This document shows, piece after piece, positions 27,301 through 40,800 of a DNA stretch of 64,000 nt (position 1 is its first letter; the number at the start of each line of letters is the position of its first letter). The translations under genes were made by a program, and so were the position numbers. This stretch comes from Haliotis rufescens (taxonomy: Eukaryota), in the NCBI RefSeq assembly GCF_023055435.1, contig NW_025964372.1, positions 9,610,001-9,674,000 of the forward strand. The letters are read 5' to 3'. The notes under the pieces were generated by a model, which saw nothing but the letters and a program-made list of their open reading frames with translations, had not been told where the DNA came from and did not search any database.

Positions 27301-30155
27301 TACACCCATGTGTCAGCCACACTACCAACTACACCCATGTGAAAGCCACACTACCAACTACACCCATGTGTTAGCCACACTACCAACAACTCCCATGTGC
27401 TAGCCACACTACCAACTACACCCATGTGAAAGCCCAACTACCAACTACACCCCTGTGTTAGTCATACTACCAACTACGTCCATGTGTTATCCCCACTACC
27501 AATAACATGCATGTGTTATCCCCACTACCAACTACACCCATGTGTTAGCCCCACTACCAACTACACCCATGTGTTATCCCCACTACCAACTACACCCATG
27601 TGCTAGCCATACTACCAAATACACCCATGTGCTAGCCACACTACCAACAACACCCATGTGCTAGCCATACTACCAACTACACCCATGTGTCAGCCACACT
27701 ACCAACTACATCTACGTGCTAGCCCCACTACCAACTACGTCCATGTGCTAGCCACACTACCAACTACACCCCTGTGTTAGCCTCACTACCAACAACACCC
27801 ATGTGCTAGCCACACTACCAACAACACACTTGTGTTATCCAAACTACCAACTCAACCATGTGTTAGCCATACTACCAACTACACCCATGTGCTAGCCCCA
27901 CTACCAACTACACCCATGTGCTAGCCATACTACCAACTACACCCATGTGCTAGCCACACTACCAACTACACCCATGTGCTAGCCATACTACCAACTACAC
28001 CCATGTGTCAGCCACACTACCAACTACATCTACGTGCTAGCCCCACTACCAACAACATCCATGTGAAAGCCCCACTACCAACTACACCCATGTGTTATCC
28101 CCACTACCAACTACACCCATGTGTCAGCCACACTACCAACAACACACTTGTGTTATCCAAACTACCAACTCAACCATGTGTTAGCCATACTACCAACTAC
28201 ACCCATGTGCTAGCCTCACTACCAACTACGTCCATGTGCTAGTCACACTACCAACTACACTCATGTGTTAGCCTCACTACCAACAACACCCATGTGCTAG
28301 CCACACTACCAACAACACACTTGTGTTATCCAAACTACCAACTACACCCATGTGTTAGCCATACTACCAACTACACCCATGTGCTAGCCACACTACCAAC
28401 TACACCCATGTGTCAGCCACACTACCAACTACATCTACGTGCTAGCCCCACTACCAACTGCGTCCATGTGCTAGCCATACTACCAACTACACCCATGTGA
28501 AAGCCCCACTACCAACTACACCCATGTGTTAGCCACACTACCAACCTACGTCCATGTGAAAGCCCCACTACCAACTACACCCATGTGTTAGCCACACTAC
28601 CAACAACTCCCATGTGCTAGCCACACTACCAACTACACCCATGTGAAAGCCCAACTACCAACTACACCCCTGTGTTAGTCATACTACCAACTACGTCCAT
28701 GTGTTATCCCCACTACCAATAACATGCATGTGTTATCCCCACTACCAACTACACCCATGTGTTAGCCCCACTACCAACTACACCCATGTGTTATCCCCAC
28801 TACCAACTACACCCATGTGCTAGCCATACTACCAACTACACCCATGTGCTAGCCACACTACCAACTACACCCATGTGCTAGCCATACTACCAACTACACC
28901 AATGTGTCAGCCACACTACCAACTACATCTACGTGCTAGCCCCACTACCAACTACGTCCATGTGCTAGCCACACTACCAACTACACTCATGTGTTAGCCT
29001 CACTACCAACAACACCCATGTGCTAGCCACACTACCAACAACACACTTGTGTTATCCAAACTACCAACTCAACCATGTGTTAGCCATACTACCAACTACA
29101 CCCATGTGCTAGCCCCACTACCAACTACACCCATGTGCTAGCCATACTACCAACTACACCCATGTGCTAGCCACACTACCAACTACACCCATGTGCTAGC
29201 CATACTACCAACTACACCCATGTGTCAGCCACACTACCAACTACACCCATGTGAAAGCCCCACTACCAACTACACCCATGTGTTATCCCCACTACCAACT
29301 ACACCCATGTGTCAGCCACACTACCAACTACACCCATGTGAAAGCCCCACTACCAACTACACCCATGTGTTAGCCACACTACCAACAACTCCCATGTGTT
29401 ATCCCCACTACCAACTACGTCCATATGCTAGCCCAACTACCAATTACACCCATGTGCTAGCCACACTACCAACAACACCCATGTGTTAGCCCAACTACCA
29501 ACTACACCCATGTGTCAGCCATACTACCAACTACACCCATGTGAAAGCCCCACTACCAACAACACCCATGTGAAAGCCCCACTACCAACTACACCCATGT
29601 GTTAGCCATACTACCAACTACACCCATGTGTCAGCCATACTACCAACAACACCCATGTGAAAGCCCCACTACCAACAACACCCATGTGAAAGCCCCACTA
29701 CCAACTACATCCATGTGTTAGCCACACTACCAACCTACGTCCATGTGCTAGCCCCACTACCAACTACATGCATGTGTTATCCCCACTACCAACTACACCC
29801 ATGTGTCAGCCCCATCACCAACTACACCCATGTGTTAACCCAACTACCAACTACACCCATGTGTTAGCCATACTACCAACTACACCAATGTGTCAGCCCC
29901 ACTACAAACTACATCTACGTGCTAGCCACACTACCAACTACATCTACGTGCTAGCCCCACTACCAACTACACCCATGTGCTAGCCTCACTACCAACAACA
30001 CCCATGTGTTAGCCCAACTACCAACTACACCCATGTGTTAGCCCAACTACCAACTACACCCATGTGTTAGCCATACTACCAACTACGTCCATGTGCTAGC
30101 CACACTACCAACTACACCCATGTGTTCGCTCCACTACCAACTGCACCCATGTGCT
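24312..30155. repeat. 29-bp minisatellite (actaccaactacacccatgtgttagcccc), intronic
   Basis: Period 29; includes an internal ~1.33-kb higher-order duplication. Confidence 0.96.
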
Positions 30156-30204
30156 AAATATCATCATGTCATTCTGGAAAACACATATTTGCTGCATATC
30201 ATAT

Positions 30205-30370
30205 TTCATAATGATACATGCAGGCCTCAGGCGTTTACCACTTTTCTGAATCCCACGAGCATAGGCATGGTGCTGACAAACCTAGAAGCATAATTTTGGC
30301 GAACCGGGATTTGAACCCATGATCATAGGTTTCTGGCGAACCCATGGAACGCAACTCTGCACGCATCGTT
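30205..30370 (-). mobile_element. Partial SINE family A
   Basis: Shares tggtgctgacaaacctagaa...ggcgaaccgggatttgaaccc with the other copies. Confidence 0.7.
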
Positions 30371-30738
30371 GCAGTTTGGCAAAACTAAATACATCTTTTC
30401 CGATTTACTGCCCACACTAGCGGAGTCATGCATATACAATAAATGCATAATCAGTAGTCTCTCTTACAGATCCCAGCGCACAGCAAATAAAGGTTCACGC
30501 TACATTCTCATCCCCCTCTCAGTCCTGGCAGCTGATAACTCATCCCCTTTCACCTCCTGAAATTAAGAGTCTTGACGACTTCTTCACAGAATTATCTATA
30601 TTTAAACTTATACATAACTATAAGTATTCTGGTCTGAGTCAGCTGGTGTCAGTATTCATGCGCAGCCAAGCAGAGAGACATTCTCCGTCTGATGAGCTCT
30701 TCTAACTGTAACGGATCTGGCTATTCTACAACAATAGA

Positions 30739-30843
30739 GGGGGCGGTCACGCCGAAGACCGTGGTTCAATTCTGGACATCGGTACAATGTGTGAGGTACA
30801 TTTTTGGTGTAAAGCGGGATAAAACCGTACTCACTCACTCACT
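30739..30843 (+). mobile_element. Internally deleted tRNA-derived SINE, family B, with (ACTC)n tail
   Basis: cacgccgaagaccgtggttcaattc (B-box-like), ggtacaatgtgtga core, ending in actcactcactcact. Confidence 0.65.
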
Positions 30844-30861
30844 GCAACAATAGATACATGT

Positions 30862-31110
30862 GGAGTGGGTGAGTGGCTGGTATAACGCCGCTTTGTATTC
30901 CAGTTATATCACGGCGTGTCAGTTTGATGTGGGAGGAAAGCCCAAAGTACATTAGGTCGAAGACTTTTACCACTTTGGTGAAACCCTCGAGTACAGGTAT
31001 GGTGCTGACAAACCTAGAAACATAGACGGGGCGAATTGGGATTCGAACCTACGATCATAGGTTTAGGCGTGCCCATGGGACGCACAGCGAATACCGGAGC
31101 CTTAAACGAC
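30862..31110 (-). mobile_element. SINE family A, tail-to-tail with the family B copy
   Basis: Homology to 7153-7410 and 34660-34885. Confidence 0.75.
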
Positions 31111-31123
31111 TGTATTGTCTCAC

Positions 31124-31268
31124 GTGTCATTGGTGCAGCTAACAAACACCATGTCGCGGAACGTCTTTATGCTGTCACAGATGTTGTCGAACTGGCTGAG
31201 GGTGTTGTTGTGGTCGTGGTTGTCGTCACTGTACTTCACCTCGTCGTTCACGCTCCAGTACATCCGCT
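31124..31268 (-). CDS. Exon of the Sushi + YWTD-like gene (K-RMYWSVNDEVKYSDD...MVFVSCTNDT)
   Basis: Acceptor ggcttcag, donor gtgaga; phase 1 to 2; open frame with YWTD-like MYWS motif. Not in the ORF track. Confidence 0.78.
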
Positions 31269-31632
31269 CTGAAGCCACAACGTGCAGAACACATTCATGT
31301 AGCTCCTATATCTGTCTATTTGTGAATGAATATATAACTATAGGTAAAACAAAATACTAAAACCTACCCTGTAAAAAACTGTGTTTAGATCCTTAACACA
31401 AACCTTAACACGTTACTTGTCCCATTATTTCAACACGTCTAAAACTGTTCAGTATTGTGTTTAGCGAACGTATTTGAAAAGTGGTTAACACCCCGATCCC
31501 CCTTGAAATTCATTGTCGTTCATTCATGGGGGCGCGCTCTTTACGTTTAATGGGCATGTTTGTGTGTTAGGGGAGGGGAGACTTGAGAAAGTTAAGGGTC
31601 CATCACAGTAATCAGGTGTATACTTTCGTTGT

Positions 31633-32162
31633 CAGCATCCTGAGTGAGTTAACTGACTTCAAAAGTCCAGTTTCCACCCTTGCCGAACTAGGCTGGAATT
31701 CCTGGGCTCGATCGAAGCGCCACCAGTGGCTATTACGAGTTATGTCCCTTCTATGCCTCTCCTATGGACCAATCAGATTCCAACTCTCGTATCACTTGCA
31801 TTTGTTTCAAACAAAATGGCGGCGCCAAGTTGATCGATAATCAAGATCTATATTGTGATAAAACGGATCTTACATCGCGATGTGCATCAAATCACGTGAG
31901 CACCTTGATTAAAAACATGAAACGATTTTCAAAAGTATCTGTGACTCTGAATTGGTAGTGCACATGCAGTGCAAATCCTGCAATCGACCGAAATCTGCAT
32001 GACACTTTACGAACCGGATTTCGATTTCATTGCGCGATTTTGATTCGACTATGCATAGACTCGTTAGTCCAGCCGAAATCTAACTACCTCATACTAGCCT
32101 TGTTCGGCATGGTAGGAAACTGGACTTTTATAGTCAGTTTACTCACTTGCCAATGGAAGCTG
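31633..32162 (+). mobile_element. ~530-bp hAT-like MITE (CAGC...GCTG), copy 1
   Basis: Long TIRs (aactgacttcaaaagtccagtttcc...); second copy in opposite orientation at 52586-53120. Confidence 0.8.
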
Positions 32163-33323
32163 TTGTGGTATGTGTGTCTGTGAATCTTATTTGCGTATGT
32201 ATTGTCTACATAAATTATACCTCCTAATGCCCAATGATATGCACCTTATTTAACAATGTATAAATTCTAACCATTTTTAGATTATGGGGAAATTGTGTTT
32301 TGTCTGTGAGACTATAGCTCATTTCATGTGTAATAGACCCAAAACGTGTTTAGACAGAACACACCAAATGTGTATTCCGTTTAGGATTCCTTCAGAACAC
32401 ACTTTTACATTGTTACTTAGTGAACACGTGTATGATATCAAGAAGCCACATTGTTGCAACAAATGAACGTATTTTTTTATTTTAAAAATAAGTAAGTACT
32501 GCTTTCTTATAAATGGGCATTATTGAAACAGACCGTCAGAACAAAGTACATGATTCCCAATTAAATATTTAAGAATTGACTTTCACTTTGTGTGAGTTCA
32601 TTGGAGTATCAACCTTCAGAGAGTGATGGCCAAACTGTATGAACGTCGGATACAATTTTTATCACAATTTCTTACCTCAAAGGATGTAGGCTAAGATCTA
32701 AACACAATTTAATTTAGTACGTGTGACTTCATACACTGACAGCCATACAACAACCAGATATATTGCGGAGTAAAATAGTTCCCCAAAAGAGAGGTGACAT
32801 GAGCGTATGGATGCACAACTTGTTCTTCAGAAACATCTTACGCAGCACATGTGTTCAAATCATATCCTCATTTGATGAGAAAGTTCTGTGAATAACTACC
32901 TCAGTAAGTCAGTCACAATGACAGCGCGTCGTAATACATTTACATCAAGTACAAGACGTCAAAATCGCCGACACGATAAACGTGACGGGAGAGATTTCCG
33001 AAGTTGTTAATGAACCTGTGGCGGTTACATGTGTTAGTCATCACTGATCAACTGGCTGATCATTGAAAGGTGAATAAAGATGCGTCAGACAGACACTAAG
33101 GTAAATTCATAGATTGCTGGAGCCTAAATAAATGCAATAACACGTGACCAATTCAGCTAATCAAAATACAGGAATTTCAATGAACACAACGAAAATTTAA
33201 TTATTGTGTGTTGAATGTATCATTGCATTCTTCTGTAAGATTATACTAAGTGCGGACCTTAGCTTCTGAGAGAAGTAATCGGCTTTTGTTGTGCTGCTAG
33301 CAGCGAGAGGTCATACTGAAATA

Positions 33324-33803
33324 CGAGGGGTGTTCATGAAAGATTTCCCCTAAACCTCTTAGGGTTATCATGTTTGGTTGAAATTTCACATGTGTAATGA
33401 TACATGTATCTATGGGTTATGTCTGAATTTGCAGCACCGAACTATTAATCTTACCACTATTACAGGTGTTATGATCGAGTAGGGTGTGACAATGGAGGCA
33501 GTAGAATACCGAGCAGTGATTAGATTTTTATATTTGAAAGGTCGCACACAAAAAGAAACTTTCGATGAAATGAAAGCAACTTAGTGGGAAGATGCCCCAT
33601 CATATGACGTTGTTAAACACTGACATCGCCAGTTCAAGTGTGGTCGGACATCTGTGGAAACAGCTGCCATTCCTGGTCGCCCCCATTGATGAGGTCACTA
33701 TCCATCAAGTGGAGACCGCCATTTTGGCAGACCGACGTATAACTGTTCGTCCACTAGGTCCATCGGAAGTGGGTCAGGGGAAATCTTTAATGAACACCCC
33801 TCG
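33324..33803 (+). mobile_element. Internally deleted mariner (480 bp)
   Basis: TIRs cgaggggtgttcatgaaagatttcccct / aggggaaatctttaatgaacacccctcg flanked by TA; residual MEAVEYRAVIRFLYLKG...DAPSY with stops. Confidence 0.9.
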
Positions 33804-34197
33804 TATGTGGAATTGAGAGAGTAGATACTGTGAGAGGTGATATCGAGAGAGGTGATATTGAGAGAGATGATACTGAAACATGTTGTACTGAGAGAGTAGA
33901 TACTGAGAGAGGTGATATCGAGAGAGGGATAATATTGAGAGAGGTGATGTTGAGAGAGGTGATATTGAGAGTGGGATAATATTGAGAGAGGTGATGTTGA
34001 GAGAGGTGATATTGAGGGATGTGATATTGAGAGACGTGATACTCAGAGGGATAATATTGAGAGAGGTGATGTTGAGAGAGGTGATATTGAGAGAGGTTTT
34101 ACTGAAACATGTGGTACTGAGAGAGTAGATACTGAGAGAGGTTTTACTGAGGGAGGTGATCTTGAGCTCCTCGAGAGAGGTGATATTGGGATGGGAG

Positions 34198-34515
34198 ATG
34201 TGAGGTGAAGTTTGGTTTAACGTCGCGTCCAAGATTATTGTACTTATATAGCGACGTGCATGCGTGCGTGCGTGCGTGTGTGGCTGCTTGTACTAGTCCG
34301 GACTGATGCCAATTTATAGTGCTAGCTCACTGAGATGCCATACCGCAGTTTAACATGAATATCCCACTCAGACACAGTATACTCACTCCGAACCGACCAG
34401 TCCTTGTATTAGCCCCGAAATGCCGAGCGCCAAACAGGGTAACAACAAGTACCATCCTTTAATGTCTTTTGGTTTGACGCGGCCGGGGATCGAACCCAGG
34501 ACCTTCCGCTCTCGA
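34198..34515 (-). mobile_element. tRNA-derived SINE with probable V-domain core
   Basis: ggtttgacgcggccggggatcgaaccc (B box on the minus strand) and a tatagtgctagctcactga...accagtc core that I recall from molluscan V-SINEs; not checked against a library. Confidence 0.65.
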
Positions 34516-34659
34516 TATTGGCAGAGGTGATATTGAGAGAAGTGATATTGAGAGAGGTGATATTGAGGAAGATGATATTTAGAGTGGTGATACTTGAAGA
34601 TGTGGTACTGAGTGAGTAGATACTGAGAGAGGTGATATTGAGAGAAGTGATATTGAGAG

Positions 34660-34885
34660 TAAGTGAGTGAGTGAGTTGGGTTTAACGCCGCTTTTAAAAG
34701 TATTCCAGTTATATCACGGCGTGTCAGCTTAATGTGGGAGGAAAGCCCGAAGTGATGCAGGTCTCAGACGTTTACCACTTCGGTGAAACCCACGAGCACG
34801 GGTATGGTGCTGACAAACCTAGAAACATAATCGGGGAGAACCGGGATTCGAACCAACACTCATAAGTTTCTGGCCTGCCCAAGGG
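34660..34885 (-). mobile_element. SINE family A
   Basis: gtgagtgagtgagttgggtttaacgccg...ccgggattcgaacc. Confidence 0.78.
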
Positions 34886-37800
34886 AGGTGATATTGAGAG
34901 AGGTGATATTGAGAGAGTTGACACTGAAAGTTGTGGTACTGAGAGAATAGACAGGGAGTAAGGTGATATTGAGAGAGGTGATATTGAGAGAAGTGATATT
35001 GAGTGAGTAGACAGTGAGGAGGGTTACACTCAGAGAGGTGACATTGAGAGAGTAGACAGTGAGGGAGAATATATTTAGAGAGCAGATAAGGAGGGAGGTG
35101 ATAATGAGAAAGGTGAAACTGAGAGAGTAGACAGGGAGTGAGGTGATATTAAGAGAAGTGATATTGAGAGAAGTGATATTGAGAGAGGTGATATTTAGAG
35201 TGGTGATACTGAAAGATGTGGTACTGAGAGAGTAGATATTGAGAGAGGTGATATTGAGAGAGTAGACAGGGAGGGAGGTGATATTGAGAGAGGTGATACT
35301 GAGAAAGTAGACAGTGAGGGAGGTGATATTAAAAGAGGTGATATTGAGAGAGTAGACAGGGAGTGAGGTGATATTGAGAGAGGTGATATTGAGAGAGTAG
35401 ACAGGGAGTGAGGTGATATTGAGAGAGGTGATACTGAGAGCGTAGACAGTGAGGGAGGTGATATTGAGAGAGTAGACAGTGAGGGAGGTGATATTGAGAG
35501 AGTAGACAGGGAGGGAGGTGATATTGAAAAAGTAGACAGTGAGAGAGGTGATATTGAGAGAGTAGACAGTGAGGTAGGTGATATTGAGAGAGGTGATACT
35601 AAGAGAGTAGACAGTGAGAGCGGTGATATTGAGACAGAAAACAGTGAGGAGGGTGACACTGAGAGAGTAGACAGTTAGGGAGGTGATATTGAGAGAGTAG
35701 ACAGTGAGGGAGGTGAGTGTGGTGATATTGAGAGAGTAGACAGTGAGGGAGGTGATACTGAGAGAGTAGACAGGGAGTGAGGTGGTATTGAGAGTATAGA
35801 CAGTGAGGGAGGTGATATTGATAGAGGTGATACTGAGAGAGTAGACAGTGAGGGAGGTGATATTGAGAGAGGTGATACTGAGAGAGCAGACAGTGAATAA
35901 GGTGATATTAAGAGAGGTGATATTGAGAGAGTAGACAGGGAGTGAGGTAATATTAAGAGAGGTTATATTGAGAGAAGTGATATTGAGAGAGGTGATATTT
36001 AGAGTGGTGATACAAAGATGAGGTACTGAGAGAGGTGATTTTGAGAGGTGATACTGAGAGAGTAGACAGGGAGTGAGGTGATATTAAGAGAAGTGATATT
36101 AAGAGAAGTGATATTGAGAGAAGTGAAATTGAGAGAGGTGATATTTAGAGTGGTGATACTGAAAGATGTGGTACTGAGCGAGTAGATACTGAGAGAGATG
36201 ATATTGAGAGAGGTTATATTGAGAGAGTAGACAGTAGGAGCGGTGATATTGAGAGTAGACAGTGAGGAGGTTTACACTGAGAGAGTCGACATTGAGAGAG
36301 TATACAGTGAGGGAGGTGATATTAAGAGAGTAGACAGTAAGGGAGGTGATATTGAGAGAGAAGACGGTTAGTAAGGTGATATTGAGAGAGGTGATACTGA
36401 GAGAGTAGACAGTGAGGAGGGTGACACTGAGACAGCTGATATTGAAAGTGTAGACAGTGAGAGAGGTGATATTGAGAAAGTAGACAGCGAGGGAGGTGAT
36501 ATTGAGAGAGTAGACAGTGAGAGGGGTGATATTGAGAGAGTAGACGGTGAGGAAGGTGATATTGAGAGAGGTGATACTGAGACAGTAGACAGAAAGGGAG
36601 GTGATATTGAGAGGGTAGACAGTGAGGGAGGTGATATTGAGAGAGTAGACAGTGAAGGAGGTTATATTGAGAGAGGTGATATTGAGAGAAATGATATTGA
36701 GAAAGAAGACCGTGAGGGAGGTGATATTGAGAGAGTAGACAGTGAGGGAGGTGATATTGAGAGAGTAGACAGTGAAGGAGGTGATATTGAGAGAGTAGAC
36801 TGTGAGGGAGGTGAGAGGTGATATTGAATGAGTAGACACTAAGAGAGGTGATATTGAAAGTGTAGACAGTGAGAGGGGTGATATTAAGAGAGGTGATATT
36901 GAGAAAGTAGACAGTGAGGGAGGTGATATTGAGTGAGTAGACAGTGAGGGAGGTGATATTGAGGGAGTAGACGGTGAGGAAGGTGATATTGAGAGAGGTG
37001 ATACTGAGACAGTAGACAGTGAGGGAGGTGATATTGAGAGAGTAGACAGGGAGGGAGGTGATATTGAGAGAGGTTATATTGAGAGAGTAGACAGTTAGGG
37101 AGGTGATATTGAGAGAGTAGACAGTGAAGGAGGTTATATTGAGAGAGGTGATATTGAGAGAAATGATATTGAGAAAGTAGACAGTAAGGGAGGTGATATT
37201 GAGAGAGTAGACAGTGAGGGAGGTGATATTGAGAGAGTAGACAGTGAAGGAGGTGATATTGAGAGAGTAGACTGTGAGGGAGGTGAGAGGTGATATTGAG
37301 TGAGTAGACAGTGAGGGAGGTGATATTGAGGGAGATGATATTGAGAAAGTAGACATTGAGGGAGGTGATATTGAGAGAGTAGACAGTGAGGGAGGTTATA
37401 TTGAGGGAGATGATATTGAGACAGTAGGCGGTGAGGGAGGTGATATTGAGAGAGTAGACACTGAAAGAGGTGACATTGAGAGAGTAGACAGTGAGAGAGG
37501 TGATATCGAGAGAGGTGATACTGAGAGAGTAGACAGTTAGGGAGGTGATATTGAGAGAGTAGACAGTGAGGTAGGTGAGTGTGGTGATATTGAGAGAGTA
37601 GACAGTGAGGGAGGTTATATTGAGAGGGTAGACAGGGAGTGGGGTGATATTGAGAGAGTAGACAGTGAGGGAGGTGATATTGAGAGAGTAGACAGGGAGT
37701 GAGGTGGTATTGAGAGAATAGACAGTGAGGGAGATGATATTGAGAGAAGTGCTACTGAGAGAGTAGACAGTGATGGAGGTGATATTGAGAGAGGTGATAT

Positions 37801-40800
37801 TGAGAGATTAGACAGGGAGTGAGGTAATATTAAGAGAGGTTATATTAAGAGAGGTTATATTGAGAGAAGTGATATTAAGAGTGGTGATACAAAGATGAGG
37901 TACTGAGAGAGGTGATTTTGAGAGGTGATATTTAGAGTTGTGATACTGAAAGATGTGGTACTGAGAGAGGTGATTTTGAGAGGTGATATTTAGAGTTGTG
38001 ATACTGAAAGATGTGGTACTGAGCGAGTAGATACTGAGAGAGGTGATATTGAGAGAGGTTATATTGAGAGAGTAGACAGTGAGGGAGGTGATATTGAGAG
38101 AGTAGACAGTGAAGGAGGTGATATTGAGAGAGTAGACTGTGAGGGAGGTGAGAGGTGATATTGAGTGAGTAGACACTAAGAGAGGTGATATTGAAAGTGT
38201 AGACAGTGAGAGAGGTGATATTAAGAGAGGTGATATTGAGAAAGTAGACAGTGAGGGAGGTGATATTAAGAGAGGTGATATTGAGAGAGTAAACAGGGAG
38301 TGAGGTGATATTAAGAGAGGTGATATTGAGAGAAGTGATATTTAGAGTGGTGATACAAAGATGAGGTACGGAGGGAAGTGATTTTGAGAGGTGATACTGA
38401 AAGAGTAGACAGGGAGTGAGGTGATATTAAGAGAAGTGATATTGAGAGAAGTGATATTGAGAAAGGGGATATTTAGAGTGGTGATACTGAAAGATGTGGT
38501 ACTGAGAGAGTAGATACTGAGAGAGGTGATATTGAGAGAGGTTATATTGAGAAAGTAGACAGTGGGAGCGGTGATATTGAGAGAGTAGACAGTGAGGGAG
38601 GGTTACACTGAGAGGGGTGACATTGATAAAGTAGACAGTGAGAGAGGTGATATTGAGAGATTAGACAGTGAGGTAGGTGATATTAAGAGAGTAGAAAGTG
38701 AGGGAGGTGATATTGAGAGCGTAGACTGTGAGGGAGGTGATATTGAGAGTAGACAGTGAGAGCGCAGATATTGAGAAAGTAGACAGTGAGGAGGGTGACA
38801 CTGAGAGAGGTGATATTGAAAGTGTAGACAGTGAGAGAGGTGATATTAAGAGAGGTGATATTGAGAAAGTAGACAGTGAGGGAGGTGATACTGAGACAAT
38901 AGACAGTGAGGGAGGTGATATTGAGAGAGTAGACGGTGAGGGAGGTGATATTGAGAGAGGTGATACTGAGAGAGTAGACAGCGAGGGAGGTGATATTGAG
39001 AGGGTAGACAGGGAGGGAGGTGATATTGAGAGAGGTGATATTGAGAGAGTAGACAGTGAGTGAGGTGATATTGAGAGAGGTGACATTGAGAGAGTAGCCA
39101 GTGAGAGATGGGATATTGAGAGAGGTGATACTGAGAGAGTAGACAGTGAGGGAGGTGATATTGAGAGAGGTGATATTAAGAGATTAGACAGTGAGAGCGG
39201 TGATATTGAGAGAGCAGACAGTGAGGAGTGTGACACTGAGAGAGGTGACATTGAGAGAGTAGCCAGTGAGAGATGGGATATTGAGAGAGGTGATACTGAG
39301 AGAGTAGACAGTGAGGGAGGTGATATTGAGAGAGGTGATATTAAGAGATATTGAGTGAGTAGACAGTGAGGGAGGTGATATTGAGGGAGTAGACGGTGAG
39401 GAAGGTGATATTGAGAGAGGTGATACTGAGACAGTAGACAGTAAGGGAGGTGATATTGAGAGAGAAGACGGTTAGTAAGGTGATATTGAGAGAGGTGATA
39501 CTGAGAGAGTAGACAGTGAGGAGGGTGACACTGAGACAGCTGATATTGAAAGTGTAGACAGTGAGAGAGGTGATATTGAGAAAGTAGACAGCGAGGGAGG
39601 TGATATTGAGAGAGTAGACAGTGAGAGAGGTGATATTGAGAGAGTAGACGGTGAGGAAGGTGATATTGAGAGAGGTGATACTGAGACAGTAGACAGAAAG
39701 GGAGGTGATATTGAGAGGGTAGACAGTGAGGGAGGTGATATTGAGAGAGTAGACAGTGAAGGAGGTTATATTGAGAGAGGTGATATTGAGAGAAATGATA
39801 TTGAGAAAGAAGACTGTGAGGGAGGTGATATTGAGAGAGTAGACAGTGAGGGAGGTGATATTGAGAGAGTAGACAGTGAAGGAGGTGATATTGAGAGAGT
39901 AGACTGTGAGGGAGGTGAGAGGTGATATTGAATGAGTAGACACTAAGAGAGGTGATATTGAAAGTGTAGACAGTGAGAGGGGTGATATTAAGAGAGGTGA
40001 TATTGAGAAAGTAGACAGTGAGGGAGGTGATATTGAGTGAGTAGACAGTGAGGGAGGTGATATTGAGGGAGTAGACGGTGAGGAAGGTGATATTGAGAGA
40101 GGTGATACTGAGACAGTAGACAGTGAGGGAGGTGATATTGAGAGAGTAGACAGGGAGGGAGGTGATATTGAGAGAGGTTATATTGAGAGAGTAGACAGTT
40201 AGGGAGGTGATATTGAGAGAGTAGACAGTGAAGGAGGTTATATTGAGAGAGGTGATATTGAGAGAAATGATATTGAGAAAGTAGACAGTAAGGGAGGTGA
40301 TATTGAGAGAGTAGACAGTGAGGGAGGTGATATTGAGAGAGTAGACAGTGAAGGAGGTGATATTGAGAGAGTAGACTGTGAGGGAGGTGAGAGGTGATAT
40401 TGAGTGAGTAGACAGTGAGGGAGGTGATATTGAGGGAGATGATATTGAGAAAGTAGACATTGAGGGAGGTGATATTGAGAGAGTAGACAGTGAGGGAGGT
40501 TATATTGAGGGAGATGATATTGAGACAGTAGACGGTGAGGGAGGTGATATTGAGAGAGTAGACACTGAAAGAGGTGACATTGAGAGAGTAGACAGTGAGA
40601 GAGGTGATATCGAGAGAGGTGATACTGAGAGAGTAGACAGTTAGGGAGGTGATATTGAGAGAGTAGACAGTGAGGTAGGTGAGTGTGGTGATATTGAGAG
40701 AGTAGACAGTGAGGGAGGTTATATTGAGAGGGTAGACAGGGAGTGGGGTGATATTGAGAGAGTAGACAGTGAGGGAGGTGATATTGAGAGAGTAGACAGG

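Noticed and set aside
24415-30293. Pro/Thr-rich ORFs
   Set aside because: The 29-bp unit is not a multiple of 3 and the same peptides appear in all frames.
31365-32730. Larger element with partial inverted ends (tgtgtttagatc / gatctaaacaca) enclosing MITE copy 1
   Set aside because: Only ~20 bp of degenerate match; no definable termini or TSD.
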